Assembly: GCA_031367385.1 (NCBI GenBank)
Contig: JANLPS010000077.1
Coordinates: 1-31,189 of the forward strand
Direction: 5' to 3'
DNA from: Archangium sp.
GTDB lineage: Bacteria; Myxococcota; Myxococcia; Myxococcales; Myxococcaceae
Length of the DNA: 31,189 bases
The notes below the pieces were generated by a model. The model had not been told where the DNA came from. It ran no database searches and saw only the letters and a list, made by a program, of their open reading frames with translations. The position numbers were made by a program, and so were the translations under genes. This document shows positions 26,976 to 31,189 of the stretch, piece after piece. Positions within the stretch are counted from its first letter, which is position 1; each line of letters opens with the position of its first letter.

Positions 26976-29900
26976 CGCCGGCCCAGGGTTCGGCCGCGCA
27001 TCTCGAGGTACGCATCACTCGCCGCGAAGCGAACGAGCTCGATCATCTCGCTGGTCAGCGCCTTCTTCGCCCGCAGCGCTTCGATCGCCGGAGCGACTCC
27101 GCCACACACCACCAACCCCGCCCGGTTCGCCGAGTGCCGCGCGCCATCGGTCAGCGGGCCCAGCTCGAGCACCCGCAGCTGGGTGTGAAAGAGCACCTTC
27201 AACCGGGCCCACACCTGGGGCGACAGGTCATTGACCACCAGCCGTGAATGCACCGCAGACGCCTTGCCCTGCAGCACCTGGCCGATGATCTGCAACCCCC
27301 GCGTCATCTCGTCGCGCGACACGCTTCGCAGCGCCAGCAGGTCTGGGCTCAGCGTGAAGAGGGCGCGGCCTGCGTAGAAGCGAAGCTCGGCGTCGGGGCT
27401 GGGCTTCTTCACCGCCAACCGGCCGACCAGCAAGCGCGGCCCATCGGCGAACACCACCGAGAACGGAGGCCCCGCGGCCTCAGACAAGTGCACGTCGGGC
27501 GCCCGCACGCCGAGAATTCGCACGCCCGCGAGCAGCGCATCGGCGGTGACCTTGGCGCCCTTGCCTCCGTCGAGGCGAAACTCTTCACTCGACCCCGCAT
27601 TGCGCCCCTTCGCGGGGAAGAGCCGACACAGCGCGGTCGCGACCAACGAGACGAGCTCTCCGGCGTCGGTGCGCAACAGCGGGTGCTTGAGCGCCAACCG
27701 GTCGGCCTCAGACAAGATCAACCGCGGCGTTCTCGGAGCGGCGTTCGGGTCTCCGTCGAGCGCTCTGGCGATCTCGAGCATCAAGCTCGAGCGATTAGGG
27801 TCAGAGGCGGTGTCGTAGTGCTCGGCGAGGGCGCGGTAGCTCTCGGGCTCGAGCGGGTCTTCGGCCACCTGCGCTTCGAGGGCGATCTGCTCGTCACGCA
27901 GGCTCTGCGCGGCGGTACCGAACGACGCCGAGTCTTCGCCCACGTGGGTCGGTATCTCGAGCGTTTGACGTCGCGCCTCGAGGGGCTTGGGCAACACCGC
28001 TTCGGTCGCGGTCTCGTCTGACGAGCCGTCTTCGCCGTAGTCATCGTCTTCAGGCAGCGCGAAGTCGTTGGTATGCACCTCGAGCACTTCTTCTTCGTCG
28101 TCGTGCAGCTCGTTCTCGGCCAGCGCACGAGCGTGCGCCTGCGCGTCATGACCGAAGGCGAACTCCCGAAAGTCACTCTCGCCGACGAATGACTTGAGCA
28201 GGGGCACCAGGCGCGCCGGGTGTCGCACCTGCACCTTCACCCGCGCGTCTTCATCGGGCTCGAGCCTCGATTCGAGCACGGCGGCGACCTCTTCGAAGTC
28301 GTTTTCTCGAGCGGGAGCCTTCACCGGAGGCGATGGCGGCGCTGCGATGGGCGCTGGCGCCGATGCACGGGCTCGGGGTTTTGGCAGCAAGACCGGGCCA
28401 CCCAGGGGCAACACCGGCACTCCGGCGGCTGGCTTGAGGGCCTCGGCGCGGGCATCGAACCCGTCGGCGCGCTCGTCGTCGTAGAGCCGCTCGCGCACCA
28501 ACCGGGCGAGGCGTTGATAAATCGCCAGGCGCTCGGCCGGCCCTTCAGTCGCCGCGGCGGCCTCTTCGAGCGCGAGAGCGCCATCGTCATCGAGGCCCTT
28601 GGCAATCAACCGATCGGCCAAAGCGACCCAGGCTTCTTGATGCGCGGGCTCGAGCTTGACGAACTCGCGCAGCACGCCAATGGCGGCGTCGGCTCGACCC
28701 GTTCGCTCGAGAATCGCGATCAGCTCCATGCGGGCGGGGCGTGCGCGGTCTCCCATCGGGTCGGCGCGCAACACCGCGCGAACCTGGCTCTCGAGCAGAT
28801 CGTCATCGCCCGAGCTACGGGCAAGCGCGGTCAAACGGCCGATCGCCTCTTCGTCACCCGGCAGCTCGGCGGCGACTTCGGCCCACGCGGTGCGGCTGAG
28901 CTTCGGGTCGCGCAACGGAGCATCAGCCAGGTGTGCCAGGCGCCGATACAAGGCCGCGCGCGCCGCAGCTCGCTTCGGCAACGCCGCCAGCGCACGCTCG
29001 AAGGCGAACACCGCCGCCGATTCGCCGTGCATCGCCGACACCTCTGCCAGCCCCGCGCTCGCCTGTGGGTGCAACGGCACCAACTCGAGGGCCTTCTCGA
29101 AGTCGTTTCGAGCCGCGGAGACCTGTTGCCGGCTCAGCGCTTCTTCAGCACGCAACACGAGCGCCTGGGCCCGCTCGGGCGCATCGGAGGCCCGCTCGAC
29201 GCCAGCGTTGAGCGCCTGACGCACGCCGCTGAAGTCGCGCTTGGCGTTGAGCAATCGCACTTGCTCTGAAACTGCCCGAGGGTCACCGGTGGCCGCGACG
29301 ATCAGCCCCCAGGCCTCAGCTGCGCCGGTGGTGTCGTGCAGCTCAGACTCGAGCACCTCGGCGAGCTTCTCGGCCCACTTGACCTGCTCGGGCTTGCTCT
29401 GCGCGCGCTTGGCTGAACGGCGATAAAATTCAGACAATTCGCGCCAGGCTCCGCGGGCGGTGTAGTGCGCCTCGAGCTTTTGCGCGGGGAGCGGATCAGG
29501 CCCTTCGTCGACCGCCGCCGCCAGCACCGCCGCGACCTCGGGGGCCCGCGCGGCCGCTGAGGTGAGGCCATCGACCACCGCCAGCAATTCGCGCTGCGTC
29601 GAGCTGGGGTTGAGGCCAGCCGCGGTGATCTCCACCGTTCGCGCGGCCTGGCTGTTGAGCAGCAGGCGGTCGGCCGAGCGCACCGCGGGCCGGGTCGGCG
29701 CCGGGGCGATGGCCGTCTCGGTATTCGCCTTGGCGGGGCTGAACAGCTTCGGGCGAATGCTCGCGCCGTGGGGTTTTTCGACGCCCGCGGGCGAATACGC
29801 ACCGAAGCCGAGCTGCTTGAACAGCTCGGTGGCCCGTTCGGCTTTGCCGAGGCGTTCTCCCAGCGCGAGGGTCAGCCCGGCGGCGTCGTCGAGCGCGGTG

Positions 29901-30601
29901 GGCGGCGCGTGCGAGCGATGCAGGTTGTGAACCTGCAACAGCCTCAGCAAGAACGACGCGTCGAGATCGCGGGCCTGCTCGGCGAATTGGGCGGCCTGGC
30001 CGTAGCGCAGGGCGGCGCGGGCAGGGTCGGCGAGCCGCTCACCCCACAGGCGCGCCCGGCGCAGTGACAGCCGCGAGGCCGTGCGCAGCGCCCCCCGGCG
30101 AACCGCCAGGCGAATCTCTTTTTCGAGTGAAGCGTCGAGCTCGTCCCACCGTTCGTCGGCTTCGAGCAGGGCGTTGAGCACGAAGCGCGCGCGGCGATCG
30201 CCGGGTTGTTCGGCGAGCAGCTGCACCAGCATTTCACGGGCTCGCTCGGCGTCTTTGGTGCGGCGAAAGAGGCGTATCAGCGCGCGCATGACGCCCAGGC
30301 GATCGGCGCCTTCGGTCTCGTCGAGCCCCTGCCGAATCACCGCGATCGCCGGAGTGGCTTGGTTCGCGGCCAGCGCCACTCGAACGATGACCGAGGCGAG
30401 GGGCGCGCGCATTGGCACCGAGCGGGTCGCGCGAATGAGCTCGGCGAAGCCACGCGCGGCGTCGCCTTCACGCACCGACCGGGCGGCGACGAGGCGATTG
30501 AGCTCGACCATGCTGCGCATCTCGGGCGTCCAATCGGCCGCGAGGGCGGGCATGTCGACGACTGTCGCGTGCTCTGTTTCTTTCGAACTCCCGGCCGCCA
30601 T
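26972..30601 (-). CDS. Large TPR-like repeat protein with acidic linker and C-terminal globular domain
   Basis: 1209-aa Ala/Leu/Arg/Glu-rich helical repeats (e.g. FEKALELVPLHPQA), Pro-rich and acidic linker. Confidence 0.8.
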   Translation of the reverse strand: MAAGSSKETEHATVVDMPALAADWTPEMRSMVELNRLVAARSVREGDAARGFAELIRATRSVPMRAPLASVIVRVALAANQATPAIAVIRQGLDETEGADRLGVMRALIRLFRRTKDAERAREMLVQLLAEQPGDRRARFVLNALLEADERWDELDASLEKEIRLAVRRGALRTASRLSLRRARLWGERLADPARAALRYGQAAQFAEQARDLDASFLLRLLQVHNLHRSHAPPTALDDAAGLTLALGERLGKAERATELFKQLGFGAYSPAGVEKPHGASIRPKLFSPAKANTETAIAPAPTRPAVRSADRLLLNSQAARTVEITAAGLNPSSTQRELLAVVDGLTSAAARAPEVAAVLAAAVDEGPDPLPAQKLEAHYTARGAWRELSEFYRRSAKRAQSKPEQVKWAEKLAEVLESELHDTTGAAEAWGLIVAATGDPRAVSEQVRLLNAKRDFSGVRQALNAGVERASDAPERAQALVLRAEEALSRQQVSAARNDFEKALELVPLHPQASAGLAEVSAMHGESAAVFAFERALAALPKRAAARAALYRRLAHLADAPLRDPKLSRTAWAEVAAELPGDEEAIGRLTALARSSGDDDLLESQVRAVLRADPMGDRARPARMELIAILERTGRADAAIGVLREFVKLEPAHQEAWVALADRLIAKGLDDDGALALEEAAAATEGPAERLAIYQRLARLVRERLYDDERADGFDARAEALKPAAGVPVLPLGGPVLLPKPRARASAPAPIAAPPSPPVKAPARENDFEEVAAVLESRLEPDEDARVKVQVRHPARLVPLLKSFVGESDFREFAFGHDAQAHARALAENELHDDEEEVLEVHTNDFALPEDDDYGEDGSSDETATEAVLPKPLEARRQTLEIPTHVGEDSASFGTAAQSLRDEQIALEAQVAEDPLEPESYRALAEHYDTASDPNRSSLMLEIARALDGDPNAAPRTPRLILSEADRLALKHPLLRTDAGELVSLVATALCRLFPAKGRNAGSSEEFRLDGGKGAKVTADALLAGVRILGVRAPDVHLSEAAGPPFSVVFADGPRLLVGRLAVKKPSPDAELRFYAGRALFTLSPDLLALRSVSRDEMTRGLQIIGQVLQGKASAVHSRLVVNDLSPQVWARLKVLFHTQLRVLELGPLTDGARHSANRAGLVVCGGVAPAIEALRAKKALTSEMIELVRFAASDAYLEMRGRTLGRR

Positions 30602-30705
30602 GCGCGCGGCACTCTACACAGCCCGCGCCGAGGTGCATCAAGCCTCGAAGCTCACGCGCTGCGTCGCGTTGTAGGCGCGCGCTTACACATGGGCACCGAA
30701 AAACC

Positions 30706-30734
30706 CCGTTCGTCCTGAGGGACTCGAAGGACCC
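30706..30734 (+). repeat. REP-like palindromic repeat (third copy)
   Basis: CCGTTCGTCCTGAGGGACTCGAAGGACCC is 28/29 identical to the reverse complement of 24592-24620. Confidence 0.85.
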
Positions 30735-30760
30735 TCCCTTACCCTCGCTTACCCTCGCCG
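30731..30760 (+). repeat. Imperfect 10-bp tandem repeat, three units
   Basis: ACCCTCCCTT ACCCTCGCTT ACCCTCGCCG spans the GIY-YIG stop codon and the REP end. Confidence 0.7.
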
Positions 30761-31036
30761 AACCGCCGAAAACCTGGTCACGCTGCTCCAATCGTTCATG
30801 ATCAGTGCTTCCTTCTTCACGCGGGTCCACCCCTTGAGCTGTCGCTCACTGTGTAGCGCTTCATCGCGGGTCGGGAACTCGGCGCTGAAGACCAGGAGCA
30901 CGGGGAGCCGCGTCGAGGTGTAGCCCTTGAACGAGCCCCACTGGTGCTGACCGAGCCGCTTCTCGAGGTCGTCGGTGTGACCGACGTAGTACGCGCCGTC
31001 GTAGCACCGCAGCATGTAGACCCAGAACGATTGCAT
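30749..31036 (-). CDS. Stand-alone GIY-YIG nuclease (UPF0213/YhbQ-like)
   Basis: WVYMLRC.DGAYYVGHT.DLEKRL.QH...YT..RLPV.LV...EAL..ERQLKGW.R.KKEALI; the catalytic Arg and Glu are present. Confidence 0.92.
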   Translation of the reverse strand: MQSFWVYMLRCYDGAYYVGHTDDLEKRLGQHQWGSFKGYTSTRLPVLLVFSAEFPTRDEALHSERQLKGWTRVKKEALIMNDWSSVTRFSAVRRG

Positions 31037-31189
31037 ATTCAGCGAGTACCTGTCGTTGACCGCGCACGTTCGTGATCGACCGGCGGTGAGGGACCGCGAT
31101 GAGACACGCTCGCAGCGCCAGAAACGTTCTCTGAGCGCGGGCTGAGCGACGCGGTCGGCGGGCAGAAAACTTCCCCTCAGAGCAACCGG

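Noticed and set aside
31037..31189. tRNA or known ncRNA at the window end
   Set aside because: No cloverleaf, T-loop consensus or CCA end is recognisable.

Overview
GC-rich, gene-dense bacterial chromosomal segment with myxobacterial (Myxococcota-like) hallmarks: an FHA-sigma54 activator, a zinc-ribbon/GYF/TPR membrane protein and a giant TPR protein. The taxonomy is an inference. In order, it contains: a partial SCP2-type thiolase; a calpain-like protease followed by an MBL-fold enzyme resembling CmlA-type diiron hydroxylases; a MacAB-TolC-type export operon; an M1 aminopeptidase; DUF423; a 2OG-Fe(II) oxygenase; a small GGQ release-factor-like protein; gatCAB; ftsK followed by two paralogous membrane proteins; a Sat-CysC fusion; an RlmL-like methyltransferase; an FHA enhancer-binding protein; a 1209-aa TPR protein; and a small GIY-YIG nuclease. 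The most notable non-coding signal is a 29-bp bulged-hairpin REP-like repeat in three copies. One lies 14 nt downstream of the GIY-YIG gene, and two form an inverted doublet 6 kb away, with a compensatory stem change in one of them. This suggests a GIY-YIG/REP unit analogous to RAYT/REPIN systems. I saw no tRNA, rRNA, CRISPR array or transposase. All family calls come from motif recognition, not database searches.
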